DNA of 64,000 nucleotides from the NCBI GenBank assembly GCA_963663275.1, contig OY760183.1, positions 1,056,001-1,120,000 of the forward strand. Reading direction: 5' to 3'. Made by a program: the position numbers and the translations under genes. Source of the DNA: Chloroflexota bacterium (GTDB lineage Bacteria; Chloroflexota; UBA11872; VXOZ01). The stretch's first letter is position 1; every line of letters begins with the position of its first letter. Positions 39,760-49,837 of this stretch are shown piece by piece. The notes below the pieces were generated by a model. That model worked only from the letters and a program-made list of their open reading frames with translations. It had not been told where the DNA came from and searched no databases.

Positions 39760-40791
39760 CTACCACGACGTGAGGCCGGTGTAGAGGTCTGGCGGGATGC
39801 GCACGACTGCGCCGGTGCGGGTGGACTCTTCGCAGGCCAGGGCGACGGCGACGATGTAGCGTCCCCAGAGTCCGTCTACCGGCGGCGCGGTATCGGACTG
39901 GATGGCGTCTATCAGGCCGGACAGTTCCAGCGCGAAAGCGCCCGCATAGTCCTGCCCGGCGGCAATGGATTGCTCGACGTATTCCGCGCCCGCGCTGAGC
40001 CAGAGGCGGTCGTCGCGGGTTTGCGCGCGCACGCTTGCCCGCGTGCCGATGAGTTCCACCTCGTTGCGCTCCGGCCCTTCTTGCGAATAGCCGGTGTGGT
40101 GCAGCGTGGCGTGGGCGCCGTTGGCGAAGTCCAGCCACGCCAGGCCGGTATCGTCGGCGTTCTGGCCGACCATCGGATTGCTCACCCAGGCGCGCACGGC
40201 GGTTATTGGGCTGCCGATGAGCCACGTGAGGCGGTCGAGCATGTGCACGCCGTTCATGTACCACATGCCGCCGCCGCCTTCCGCGCGGTTCAGAAACCAG
40301 GGCGGGCGGTTGGCCAGGTCGAACGTGCGGTACCAGGTGTCGGTGGCAAAGACGATGTTGCCTAGCTTTCCCTCTTGAATGAGCCGCTTGGCCGCCAGGC
40401 CGGCGGGTAGAAAATGCTCCGTGTGCGCCACCAGCAGTTTGACGCCGGCCTCCTCAGCAGCGGCGATGATGGCGTCGCAGTCGGCTATCGTCATCGCCAT
40501 GGGCTTCTCCAAGAAGACGTGCTTGCCGGCCGCGCACGCGGCGAGCGTGACCTCCGTGTGCAGGTAGTGCGGCAGCCCGATCATGACGATGTCCACCTGC
40601 GGATCCGCGAGGAGATCGGTGTGGCTGGCGTACGCGGCGCAGGGGTGCGCGCGCGTGAACTGCCGCCGCCGCTCTTCATCCGGCTCGGCAAGCGCCGCTA
40701 ACTGTGCTTCCGGCACGGCGCCAATCGCCTGCGCGTGTCCGCCGCTCACCCGGCTCGCGCCGATGATGCCTACACCGTATGCCATGTACAC
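39760..40791 (-). CDS. Gfo/Idh/MocA family oxidoreductase
   Basis: GVGIIGA, GKHVFLEKPMA, GGGMWYMNGVHMLD. Confidence 0.92.
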   Translation of the reverse strand: MYMAYGVGIIGASRVSGGHAQAIGAVPEAQLAALAEPDEERRRQFTRAHPCAAYASHTDLLADPQVDIVMIGLPHYLHTEVTLAACAAGKHVFLEKPMAMTIADCDAIIAAAEEAGVKLLVAHTEHFLPAGLAAKRLIQEGKLGNIVFATDTWYRTFDLANRPPWFLNRAEGGGGMWYMNGVHMLDRLTWLIGSPITAVRAWVSNPMVGQNADDTGLAWLDFANGAHATLHHTGYSQEGPERNEVELIGTRASVRAQTRDDRLWLSAGAEYVEQSIAAGQDYAGAFALELSGLIDAIQSDTAPPVDGLWGRYIVAVALACEESTRTGAVVRIPPDLYTGLTSW

Positions 40792-40848
40792 CGCTCCTCG
40801 CTATCTGCCATGCCGCATGTCAACCGCAACCTCGACACCGGCCCAATC

Positions 40849-42011
40849 GTAGCGCGGGGGCTTGTCCCCCGCCTCTTCGCGCCGGCGCAGGTTTGTAACC
40901 TGCGCTACCGGACATCTGGTTACAAACCTGCGGTATGGGACCTCTGGTTACGAACCTGCACAACCGGACACGTGGTTACAAACCTGCGGTACGGGATCTC
41001 TGGTTTCGAACCTGGGCTACCGGATGCTCGGCGGCTATGATCCGATTCTCGTCAATCACCATCACGCCTGCCGCCAACACGTAGCGCGGGGGTTCATCCC
41101 CCGCCTCTTCGCACCGGCGCAGGTTACAAACCTGCGCTACCGGATACTTGCAAGACCCAATTCTCGTCTATCGCCACTACGCCCGCCGCCAACACGTAGC
41201 GCGGGGGCTTGTCCCCCGCCTCTTCACCCCGCCGCAGGTTACAAACCTGCGCTACCGGACACTTGCAAAACCCGATTCTCATCTATCGCCACCACGCCTG
41301 CCGCCAACACGTAGCGCGGGGTCTTGTCCCCCGCCTCTTCGCACCAGCGCAGGTTATAAACCTGCGCTACCGGATGCTCGGCGGCCATGCCCCGATTCTC
41401 GTCAATCGCCATCACGCCTGCCGCCAACACGTAGCGCGGGGGTTCATCCCCCGCCTCTTCGCGGGCAAGCCGCTCTGGGCACTGGCCTTCCACTCGCTGA
41501 GCCGCTTTGCCTTCAAGAGTCACCGGCCTGACCGCAAAGCCTACACTACCGGGATACGTCACAGGTTACAAACCTGTGCTACCTATGCCCCTGCCCAACG
41601 ACATCGATGGGTTGCGCCACCGGCCGCGCGCCACGTTCCGGTAGCGCAGGTTTGTAACCTGCGACAACGGTTGCCCCTGGCTAGCGACATCGATGCGTTG
41701 CATTGCCGGCCGCGCGTCACGCTCCGGTAGCGCAGGTTTGTAACCTGCGACAACGGTTACCCCTGGCTACCGACATCGATGCGTTGCATTACCGGCCGCG
41801 CGCCACGTTCCGGTAGCGCAGGTTTGTAACCTGCGCAAGGGTGGGGTCGATGTGTGGGCGCCGTTTTATCATGCCAAGTCGCCGGTGATCGGTTTTCGCG
41901 CAACATACTTCGGCGGGGGACAAGCCCCCGCGCTACGCCTGTGAGACAGTATCGGGAAAGAGCCGCCGCGCTACGACGATGTTTCTTCTCAGTCAGGCGG
42001 GGGACAAGCCC
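40849..42011. repeat. Large REP array (REP-A/REP-B doublets at ~115-120-bp period, 28-bp REP-B mini-tandem, three inverted REP-B at 86-bp period)
   Basis: REP-A at 40849, 41081, 41196, 41311, 41431; REP-B at 41641, 41727, 41813; inverted REP-A near 41912 and 41996. Confidence 0.9.
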
Positions 42012-43205
42012 CAATGCTGTCGCATTAACCGCTGAAGCGGAGTGCGCGGGGCAAGGAAGCGGCAAGCGTTCGCAGCCAGGAGACGCGAGTGCTGCTAGCT
42101 GGACGTAGTTCCTCCAAGAGCTGTGCGAGCACGGCCACGATGCTGGCGACCACCAAGGTGAGCCAGACGGCGGCACGGCTGTATCCAATGGGGCGGATTG
42201 CGCCCAACACATGCTTCAGCCAGCGAAAGAACAACTCGATCTGCCAGCGCTTGCGGTAGAGCCACACCACCTCTGGAGCGCTCAGGTCGTGACGGTCGGT
42301 GATGAAGTGGTGCGTTTTCCCCTGCGCCGTGCGGCTGACCACCAGGCGCATCTCTGCTAAGACCGCGCCGTTGCGGTTGTTGGCGCTGCCCAGCACGATC
42401 ACCGCATCCCGCACCACCACGTCTCCTGCCGGCGTGCGCGCGCCGGTCACGGCACGCTCGCGCACCACGCAGTAGGCAGCCTGCGGGTGCAGGCGCGTCA
42501 CGAAGTGCACACCTGCCTCCCGCATCTGCGCAAAGACCCGATGCGCGTAGTAGCCCAAGTCTAGCAAGAGCGTCCAGCCCTGCCACCGCGCCAGACCCCA
42601 ACGCTTGAACGCCGTCACGTCATTCGCGTCCGCCAACGTCACCTGTAACCGCGTCGGCACCTGTGTGTCCACGGCATATGCCATCTGCAGCCGTACTCCC
42701 GCCTCATGCCCTTGGTGCACGCTCCACGGACTACACGCCGCGCTCAGCGCCAGAAAACTGCCGTCCACCGCCACCACCCGCCGTACGTGCGCCGGCCCAC
42801 GTGCTTGCACCTGCCGCGCCAACACCTCCCACGCCGCCGTAAAACACGCCAACGGCCGCGTCTGGGATGAACGTGCCAACTGACTGTAACTTATGCCCGA
42901 CGCTAAACCCAACCGCCGTCGCCACACCACATCACCCATCTGCAGCCCATGGCTTTGCCGCAGGCTCCCACTCCCACTCAGCACGTGACCAAGCAGCATC
43001 CCCACATGCGCTCGCACCGAAAAATGCTTGCGATAGCGATCCGCTCCCCTCACCCGTGCTGCCGCCGTCAGCGCCGGCTCCAACTCACGCCATAGCCGCC
43101 GTCCTACTCCTACCGTCTGTGCTACCATTAGCCAGGGCTCCTTTGTAAGATATATCGCTCATTACCTTACTAAAGTAGCCCCTTCACTTTAATGCGACAA
43201 CATTG
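42012..43205 (-). mobile_element. IS4-family insertion sequence, copy 2 (1194 bp)
   Basis: Same TIRs as copy 1; 11-bp TSD gggacaagccc (42001-42011, 43206-43216) in an inverted REP-A. Confidence 0.95.
42025..43128 (-). CDS. IS4-family DDE transposase
   Basis: Protein identical to 7175-8278. Confidence 0.93.
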   Translation of the reverse strand: MVAQTVGVGRRLWRELEPALTAAARVRGADRYRKHFSVRAHVGMLLGHVLSGSGSLRQSHGLQMGDVVWRRRLGLASGISYSQLARSSQTRPLACFTAAWEVLARQVQARGPAHVRRVVAVDGSFLALSAACSPWSVHQGHEAGVRLQMAYAVDTQVPTRLQVTLADANDVTAFKRWGLARWQGWTLLLDLGYYAHRVFAQMREAGVHFVTRLHPQAAYCVVRERAVTGARTPAGDVVVRDAVIVLGSANNRNGAVLAEMRLVVSRTAQGKTHHFITDRHDLSAPEVVWLYRKRWQIELFFRWLKHVLGAIRPIGYSRAAVWLTLVVASIVAVLAQLLEELRPASSTRVSWLRTLAASLPRALRFSG

Positions 43206-43394
43206 GGGACAAGCCCCCGCGCTACGCCTGTGCGGCAGAATTGGGAAAAGGCCCCTGCGCTACGGGTTGCGAAATCATCCCAATCTTGTACTGCAAGAGC
43301 GCACACGAACGGAATGCACGCGCTTCGCATAGAAAGAGAGGCCGTTTCCCGCGCCCAGGAAACGGCCTCTCCTCAATCTCAGGGGAACGGATCG

Positions 43395-43682
43395 CTATTC
43401 CGAAACGTTCAACGCCGCCAGTTGCTCCTGCAGATTGGCCAGGATGTCTTGCGGCTTGGCGACCTTCTCGGACTTGCGCAGTGTCAGCCGCCACTCCGAG
43501 TTGGCGGCGTCCTCGATGGTCGTCTCGTAGCCGTTCTTGGCCGCTTCCCACGGAATGGTGCCCAGGGCCGGCGCGTGGTCGGTGAGCACCTCCAGGTTCT
43601 CGTCGCCGTCCAGCTTCTTTAGCGCCTCGGCGGTTTTCATCATGGGATACGGGCAGATTTCACCGCGCACGTCGATTTTCAT
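43395..43682 (-). CDS. TusA-family sulfurtransferase (YeeD/TsuB-like)
   Basis: IDVRGEICPYP motif, LEVLTDH. Confidence 0.9.
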   Translation of the reverse strand: MKIDVRGEICPYPMMKTAEALKKLDGDENLEVLTDHAPALGTIPWEAAKNGYETTIEDAANSEWRLTLRKSEKVAKPQDILANLQEQLAALNVSE

Positions 43683-43756
43683 AGTTGAGCGCTCCTTTCT
43701 CTCTCGAACATCATCCTAACACAGTTGCAAGGCTTCTCCACCGCAAAGCGCGCACG

Positions 43757-45013
43757 TCACGCCAGCCGTTTGATCACGCGCACGCCCAGGTACGCGCCCG
43801 GCAGCAGGGAAAGGCCGAATATCCAGCCGTTCAGCCCCAGCGAGGGAATGGCGGAGAAGAACGCGCCGATGGTGCAGCCAATCGCGATACCGGCGCCGTA
43901 GCCCATGAAGACGCCGCCGATGGCCGACTGCGCGTAGCGCCGCTTCAGCGGCGGGAAGCGCACTTTGAACTCGTTGGCCAGCAGCGCCGCCACCAGCGCG
44001 CCGATGATGAGACCGCCGTCCAGGAACAAGCCCTCGCTCGTCCACCACGAACCCGCGCCGACCGCGAGATTGCAGCCGGCGAGACCGTCCACCCCGAGCA
44101 GGGCCGGCGCTTGGATGCGCAAGAGGCCGCTCGCGATGCGGTCCGACCACGCGGAGAGTTCGCCGGTCACGCCCAGCGGGCGGGAGTAGACGTAGATGAA
44201 GACGTTGACCACCGCCAGGGCCAGCGCGCCGGCGGCAATCGGCCAGCCTTTCACGAACACCGTGTCGTATAGTTGCCGCAACTTATCGCCAAACGTCAGC
44301 GGCGGCATCTCGCTCTTGCCGCCCAGGGCAAAGTTCGGCATGGGACCCGCGCGGTACTCCCACCAATAGCTCAGGAGCACGATGCCGGCCAGCACCAGCA
44401 GCGTGAGCGCCACGCCGCCGCCGTAGCCCACCCATTTGGGCAGGAAGACCGTCGGCATGTGCTTGATGTGGTTCGTCCACCACCAGTTCCAGGTGAGGGT
44501 TGAGAGATACAAGCCTGCCAGGATACCGCCCATCGACGCCCAAGAGGCCACATAGCCCTCGCCGATGCGGTACATGGTGCCCGAGACGCAGCCGCCGGCA
44601 ATCACCATGCCAAACCCAAAGGCAATACCGCCTACCACCAGGTGCAGTCCGATGGGAATCACGTGCGCCGCGGCGGGCAGCGCGCCAAACGACGGCTCCG
44701 GTACCATCATCTGCATCACCAGCCAGAAGCCGATGGTGGCGACGCCGATGGCGACCGCCAACGCGCGCATGGTGCTGGGGTCGCGCATGAGGAAGATGTC
44801 GCGGAAGCCGGAGGCAAAGCACAACCGGCTGCGCTGCAGGATGACGCCAAACGCCAACCCAAAGAGCCACATCACGGCCAGCGTGGCGTTCACGACCGCC
44901 AGATACGTGAGGAAGAGCAGCACCGCCGCCACGACGCCGGCGCGCATGACGACCCGCGCCGTGAAACGCTGCCCCAATCCGGTTGCCTCGCGGGCTTCAA
45001 CGCTTGTGCTCAT
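43757..45013 (-). CDS. YeeE/YedE sulfur-compound (thiosulfate) transporter, TsuA-like
   Basis: QRSRLCFAS, GMVIAGGCVSG, GAGIAIGCTIG conserved Cys motifs; followed by a TusA-family gene. Confidence 0.9.
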   Translation of the reverse strand: MSTSVEAREATGLGQRFTARVVMRAGVVAAVLLFLTYLAVVNATLAVMWLFGLAFGVILQRSRLCFASGFRDIFLMRDPSTMRALAVAIGVATIGFWLVMQMMVPEPSFGALPAAAHVIPIGLHLVVGGIAFGFGMVIAGGCVSGTMYRIGEGYVASWASMGGILAGLYLSTLTWNWWWTNHIKHMPTVFLPKWVGYGGGVALTLLVLAGIVLLSYWWEYRAGPMPNFALGGKSEMPPLTFGDKLRQLYDTVFVKGWPIAAGALALAVVNVFIYVYSRPLGVTGELSAWSDRIASGLLRIQAPALLGVDGLAGCNLAVGAGSWWTSEGLFLDGGLIIGALVAALLANEFKVRFPPLKRRYAQSAIGGVFMGYGAGIAIGCTIGAFFSAIPSLGLNGWIFGLSLLPGAYLGVRVIKRLA

Positions 45014-45165
45014 GGTTACTCCAAGACGAGACCGCTAATCCAGGAAATCTGTCCCACTCCGTCATTCCCGCGCTCGCGGGAATCCATCTTTTTCCCACAC
45101 GTACTCTCCATACAATAGAGTAACCAAACCCGCGCCACACACCCTCGCTTCTCTCCTATTATGAC

Positions 45166-45190
45166 TTAGTTGCTCCAATTTATCAAGTAT
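45166..45190 (-). promoter_or_regulatory. Possible Rrf2 (IscR-type) operator upstream of yeeE
   Basis: ATACTTGATAAATTGGAGCAACTAA (- strand), 25-bp AT-rich imperfect palindrome. Confidence 0.4.
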
Positions 45191-45385
45191 ATGCCCGCCC
45201 GGGCCGGCGGCGCGGGCGTTCGTTTGACACTACCGCCCTACTCCCGCTAGCGTGGTGACGTTCACCGCCACGCTGGAAAGGCCGCGGCGGTACCGCGCTT
45301 GCCCGGCGGACGACGCTCCAACAACGCATCTGGCAAAGTGAGGCAAACCCGTGCTGAGACTACACATTCCCTTCCGGGAGCAGCC

Positions 45386-46063
45386 ATGAGACGCGGGTAC
45401 GCAATGGCGCAGGCGCTCTGCCTCACGCTCTTTCCGCTGAGCTTTCTCCTGCTGAGCAACACGGGACTCCATCCCGGCTACGCCGGAACCGCGGCCGAGC
45501 AAATCCAGGGACTGGCGGCGGAAGCGGCCCGCTGGCGCTGGGTGCACCTGGGCATGGCCGGGGGCAGCCTGCTCGGTCTCGGCGGGCTTTTCGCGCTGCG
45601 GTCGTTGCTGCCGCGGCCCCATGTTGCCGTGCACGTTGTCACGGCGTTCGGTGTGGTGGGCGCGGCGCTGCTCACGGGGATCTTCACGCTGGAGGCAACG
45701 CTGATACCGGCGCTCGCGCTGGCGTGCGTGGAGGCCGCCGCGGCGTGCCTGGCGCCGGCAAACGCGGCGTTCGTGGAGCGATTCGCCGACCTCGCGCTCA
45801 ACCGGGTGCCGCTCTTGTTTCAGGGCGGGAGCGCTTTGCTGGCGTCCTATTTCGCGCTGGCCGCCATGGGCTTGCGCCGGCGGGCGCTGGCGGGCCGCGA
45901 GGCGCTGCCCCTGCTCGTCGGGACGGCTCTCGTCTTCCTCTACGGTCCCGGGTTGCACGGCGCGCCGGTGGGACTGCCCTTCTTTGGGTTTCTCGCCATG
46001 CTTGGCGGCGGCATGGCGCTCTCTATCCGTCTCTTGCGGGCGCCCCGCGTGTGCGCGGGATGA
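45386..46063 (+). CDS. Hypothetical membrane protein
   Basis: About 6 hydrophobic segments; GGGAG RBS before ATG 45386. Confidence 0.65.
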   Translation: MRRGYAMAQALCLTLFPLSFLLLSNTGLHPGYAGTAAEQIQGLAAEAARWRWVHLGMAGGSLLGLGGLFALRSLLPRPHVAVHVVTAFGVVGAALLTGIFTLEATLIPALALACVEAAAACLAPANAAFVERFADLALNRVPLLFQGGSALLASYFALAAMGLRRRALAGREALPLLVGTALVFLYGPGLHGAPVGLPFFGFLAMLGGGMALSIRLLRAPRVCAG

Positions 46064-46303
46064 CGTTGCTCAGGCGGGGGACAAGCCCCCGCGCTACGGG
46101 GCCGCTTGCGCGCGCCGCCCGCGGCTGCGCCGGTTGGAAACGCGGGCGGGAAGGGCAATTGAGCGAGACGGCGGCCGCTGGTACAATAGGTGAGGTGTGA
46201 CTCTGCCGGACGCGGCGCGCTTGCGGGCGGGCAACCGCTGCGGCGCGCGCGGCCTGTGCCTCGCGGAATTCGCGCGGCATGGGCGGGGAAACCGGCGGCA
46301 GAA

Positions 46304-46380
46304 CGGGGTGTGGCGCAGCCTGGTAGCGCGCTTGAATGGGGTTCAAGAGGTCCCCGGTTCAAATCCGGGCACCCCGACCA
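46304..46380 (+). tRNA. tRNA-Pro (GGG)
   Basis: 77-nt cloverleaf: acceptor CGGGGTG/CACCCCG, anticodon arm CTTGA-ATGGGGT-TCAAG, GGTTCAAATCC T-arm, encoded CCA. Confidence 0.96.
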
Positions 46381-46407
46381 CAGACAGAACCAGCCTTCTT
46401 TCCCCTA

Positions 46408-46548
46408 GATGACCCTTGCATTCGCCTTCTTCCTAAAAGGCAGAAGGTTTGGATGGGGGATGAATCATCTCGAAAGTATGTTTCTATTGGTTGCAACAGT
46501 GCCTGGATTCCGGCTTTCGCCGGAATGACGGAGTTGTGCAAAGTTCTC
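46408..46548. mobile_element. Degenerate MITE family 1 copy downstream of tRNA-Pro
   Basis: gacccttgca ... ggattccggctttcgccggaatgacggagttgtgcaaagttctc; colinear with 50365-50681 minus its nested insert. Confidence 0.55.
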
Positions 46549-46560
46549 CAACCGCGCAAC

Positions 46561-47448
46561 TCAGACCGTTTGCAGCGGCACTATCGTGTGGTCGGCCAGC
46601 GTCTCGTTCAGCGAGCCCGAGCGGTAGCCTTGCATGTCCAGGGCCACGTACTTGAAGCCGATCTCTTGCAGCGCCGTCACCGCTTGGGTGTGGGTGTCGT
46701 TCTGGAAGAGCCGGGGCAGGTCTTCCGGCGGCGCTTCGATGCGGGCAATGTCGCCGTGGTGGCGCACGCGCACCAGGCGGAAGCCCAGTTTATGCAGGAA
46801 GTGCTCGGCCTGGTCTACCTGGCGCAGCTTTTCCAGCGTCACGCGGCTGCCGTAGGGAATGCGCGAGGCCAGGCACGCGCCGCCGGGCTTATCCCACGTG
46901 GGCAGCCCCAGTTCCTTGGAAAGCTGCCGGATTTCGTGCTTCTGCAGTTCGGCTTCCACCAGCGGCGCGCGGGCGTCGAGCATTTTCGCCGCCTCCATGC
47001 CCGGCCGGTGATCGCCCAGGTCGTCCATGATGCCGCCGTAGACGATCGTTTCGAATTCTTCCGCCTGGGCGATGAGTTGCATCTCGGTGAAGAGTTCTTT
47101 CTTGCAGTAGAAGCAACGGTCCGGGTTGTTGACGGCGTACTCCTCTTTTTCAAGCTCGTGGGTTTCGATCAGGCGGTGCTCGATGCCGATCTCCGCCGCA
47201 TAACGCTTGGCTTCTTCAAGTTCCGTGGCCGGATAGGTCGGCGAGAGCGCCGTGAGCGCCACCGCGTCCCGGCCCAGCACGCCATGGGCAACCTTCGCCA
47301 GGAAGGTGCTGTCCACGCCGCCGGAGAAGGCGATGAGCGTGCGCCCCATGCCGCCGATGAGATGCTTCAGGTTGTCGTATTTTTCATCCAGCGCTACCAC
47401 AGCCATCGGTCTAGCCTCCCGGGACATTCCTCGTTTTCCATCTATCAA
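46561..47448 (-). CDS. larE: ATP-dependent sulfur transferase LarE family (CxxC-C type); start may be at 47406
   Basis: AFSGGVDS PP-loop, RCFYCK, DHRPG, ACLASRIPYG, RVRHHG, GYRSGSLN. Confidence 0.88.
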   Translation of the reverse strand: MIDGKRGMSREARPMAVVALDEKYDNLKHLIGGMGRTLIAFSGGVDSTFLAKVAHGVLGRDAVALTALSPTYPATELEEAKRYAAEIGIEHRLIETHELEKEEYAVNNPDRCFYCKKELFTEMQLIAQAEEFETIVYGGIMDDLGDHRPGMEAAKMLDARAPLVEAELQKHEIRQLSKELGLPTWDKPGGACLASRIPYGSRVTLEKLRQVDQAEHFLHKLGFRLVRVRHHGDIARIEAPPEDLPRLFQNDTHTQAVTALQEIGFKYVALDMQGYRSGSLNETLADHTIVPLQTV

Positions 47449-47608
47449 TTTGCCGGCATAAGCGGCCGGCGTTGTCGATGCGCCGCTGCGTGAGCCGGTA
47501 CCACATAGTCATTCTACGTGAATCGCGTCACAGTTGCGTCACAGTGCGCCGCCAGCGTTTTGGCTAGCGCAAAGAAACGTGCGCATCGCGGCGCGCGCGG
47601 CGCGAGCT

Positions 47609-48160
47609 TTAGAATATGTCGACCGGATCCAACGTAAAGCCGCGCACCGTAGGCGAGGTGATTTCCTGCCCGGGGCCGTAGACGCCCGCGACGGCAAAGC
47701 GGTGCTCTTCCAGCAGCAGCAGGGTCACGGTTCCGGCGTCCGGGTCTACCAGCCAGTACTCTTTCACGCCGTGCGCGGCGTAGAGCGCCCGCTTGAACGA
47801 CCGGTCGCGGGCGGCGGTGGCGGGAGAAAGGATTTCAACAACCATGTCGGGCGCGCCCCGAACGTTTTCGCCGCCGCGCAGCACGCGCTCGCGTTCTCTG
47901 GCAACGAAAACCAGGTCCGGCTGGACGACGTCGGTGTCCGACAGCACCACGTCGCAGGGCGCGGCAAAGACCTCTCCCAGGCCTCGCTCCCGCGCGAACA
48001 CGTGCAAGAGCGCGCCCAGCCGCATGGCGACTCGCTGGTGGGAGAGGCGCGGCGCCGGCGCCACTACTAACGCTCCGTCCAAGAGTTCGTAGCGCTCATC
48101 GTCCGGCGTATCCCGATAGTCGTCATAGGTCAACTTGATTGCAGGCGTGGAACTCGCCAT
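47609..48160 (-). CDS. Uma2 (DUF820) family endonuclease
   Basis: RYELLDG, VQPDLVFV, GAPDMVVEILSP, GVKEYWLVDP. Confidence 0.92.
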   Translation of the reverse strand: MASSTPAIKLTYDDYRDTPDDERYELLDGALVVAPAPRLSHQRVAMRLGALLHVFARERGLGEVFAAPCDVVLSDTDVVQPDLVFVARERERVLRGGENVRGAPDMVVEILSPATAARDRSFKRALYAAHGVKEYWLVDPDAGTVTLLLLEEHRFAVAGVYGPGQEITSPTVRGFTLDPVDIF

Positions 48161-48364
48161 GTCTGCCTTCCTGCCTCGCTAGAGCGACCACGCGGTTGCG
48201 AGGGCCGCCGCAGCGGTTGTGGAGACACGTTACCGCCATTGTACGCTAAACGCGGCCGCGCGTCGCCGCCTGGATAGCGGAAGTCCGCGCATCTCCCAGG
48301 ACGGCGGGGTTGCCGTGGATGCGCCGGAAGACTCCGGCGCGTACGCTTCAATCCCGCGGCTGCT

Positions 48365-48811
48365 TCACGTCGTATCCGGCACAACGCGCAGGGTTGCGGC
48401 GGCGATCTCCCCTTGCCGTATCGTGTACCCGCACACGTCCGGCTCGTCCGGGTTCGCCAGCGAAATGACGATGTGCACGGCCCCCGGGTACCGTTCCGCC
48501 AGTTCGCCGTTGCCCAGATCGAACTCGGCCTCGGCTACGTCCGTCGCCGAGGGATAGGCGCGCGAGGCGACGTGGGAGTGGAATATGCCCACGATCTGCC
48601 AATCCCGCTCGTATTCCACCGCGCGCACGATGCGCAGCAGATCGTTCGGATGGATGGTATAGCGGATCGGGCTGGCGGCGGCGTTCCGGGCGGGAAAGAC
48701 CTCCAGCACCGTGCCGTCCGCGCCGCCCAACATGCCGCAGCCCTCGTTGGGCGCGGCCGCGCGCACGTGGGCGACCATCTCATCTACCTGCGCTTGCGTA
48801 ATCCGAAGCAT
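48365..48811 (-). CDS. JAB/MPN+ metalloprotease (Mec-like, M67)
   Basis: PNEGCG and FHSHVASRAYPSATD JAMM motif. Confidence 0.92.
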   Translation of the reverse strand: MLRITQAQVDEMVAHVRAAAPNEGCGMLGGADGTVLEVFPARNAAASPIRYTIHPNDLLRIVRAVEYERDWQIVGIFHSHVASRAYPSATDVAEAEFDLGNGELAERYPGAVHIVISLANPDEPDVCGYTIRQGEIAAATLRVVPDTT

Positions 48812-48948
48812 GGGCTATCCGCGCCTCATGACCGCGTGCTCGTCGCCGCGTTGCCGCATCTTCAGGTAGCGCGCGGCGGTGTGTGGCTGCGGGGCGCCGC
48901 AAGTGACACCCTTAACGAAGGCTGGGACTAGACCCACAGATTACGCTC

Positions 48949-49803
48949 TCAACCCGTGGCCACGTCCACCGTGCGTTCCACCGCCGGCATGCCGCAGAAG
49001 GCCTCGTAGTCGATCAATTCGGTAATCGTTGGGTTATCGCCGCACACCGGGCAACTGGGATCGCGCCGCAGTTTGACCTCGTGGAAACTCAGCGCCAGCG
49101 CGTCGAAGAGCAGCAGCCGGTTGGTCAGCGTATCGCCGATGCCCAGCAGCAGTTTGGCGGTTTCCACCGCCTGGATGGAGCCCACGATGCCGGGCAGCAC
49201 GCCCAGCACGCCGGCCTCCGAGCAGGAGGGCGCCATTTCCGGCGGCGGCGGCTCCGGGTAGAGGCAGCGGTAGCAGCCCTTGCCGGGCTCGAAGACCGTC
49301 GCCTGCCCCTCGAACCGGAAGATGCTGCCGTGCACCACCGGTTTGTTCAGGAAGAGCGCCGCGTCGTTCACCAGGTAGCGCGTGGGGAAGTTATCCGTGC
49401 CGTCCACGATCACGTCGTAGTCGGCGAAGACCTCCATCACGTTATCCGAGTTGAGGTGGTCGGTGTGCGCCACCACGTTCACGTCCGGGTTCACCTCGCG
49501 CAGGCGATCCTGGGCCGACGCTACTTTGGCGCGGCCCACGTCGGAGTGCCCGTGCAGAATCTGGCGCTGCAAGTTGCTCAGGTCCACCTCGTCGAAGTCC
49601 ACGATGCCCAGGGTGCCCACGCCGGCCGCGGCCAGGTAGAGCGCGGCGGGCGAGCCCAGGCCGCCCGCGCCCAATAGCAGCACCTTGGCGCTCATCAATT
49701 TGCGTTGTCCGATTGGGCCGACCTCAGAGAGGATGATGTGCCGGCTGTAACGCTGGACTTGCTCGGGTGTGAAAAGGCTGCGCCGCTTGGCGACGGTACT
49801 CAT
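48949..49803 (-). CDS. moeB: MoeB/ThiF-family adenylyltransferase (E1-like)
   Basis: RYSRHI, GAGGLGSP, DLSNLQRQ, DGTDNF, CYRCLY, CSEAGVLG, CPVCG; no rhodanese domain. Confidence 0.88.
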   Translation of the reverse strand: MSTVAKRRSLFTPEQVQRYSRHIILSEVGPIGQRKLMSAKVLLLGAGGLGSPAALYLAAAGVGTLGIVDFDEVDLSNLQRQILHGHSDVGRAKVASAQDRLREVNPDVNVVAHTDHLNSDNVMEVFADYDVIVDGTDNFPTRYLVNDAALFLNKPVVHGSIFRFEGQATVFEPGKGCYRCLYPEPPPPEMAPSCSEAGVLGVLPGIVGSIQAVETAKLLLGIGDTLTNRLLLFDALALSFHEVKLRRDPSCPVCGDNPTITELIDYEAFCGMPAVERTVDVATG

Positions 49804-49837
49804 GCGTTCCTCCTTCAGCTTATCGGTGTCGGCAAAA

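Noticed and set aside
40735-41730. ORFs with VARGLVPR / QVTNLRY peptide repeats
   Set aside because: Translations of REP palindromes, with no RBS or protein-like composition
40849-41840. REP array as CRISPR
   Set aside because: Inter-repeat sequences are homologous to each other and the periods vary; no cas genes
46304-48160. tRNA-Pro as the attachment site of an integrated element
   Set aside because: No integrase and no duplicated tRNA 3' end found in the window
47609-48160. Uma2 nuclease as a novel defence gene
   Set aside because: Common multi-copy family occurring here as a singleton with native composition
48815-48945. Possible small sulfur carrier (ThiS/MoaD/CysO) between moeB and the JAB gene
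   Set aside because: Only a ~40-codon frame ending in RRG; too short for a beta-grasp fold and lacks the C-terminal GG
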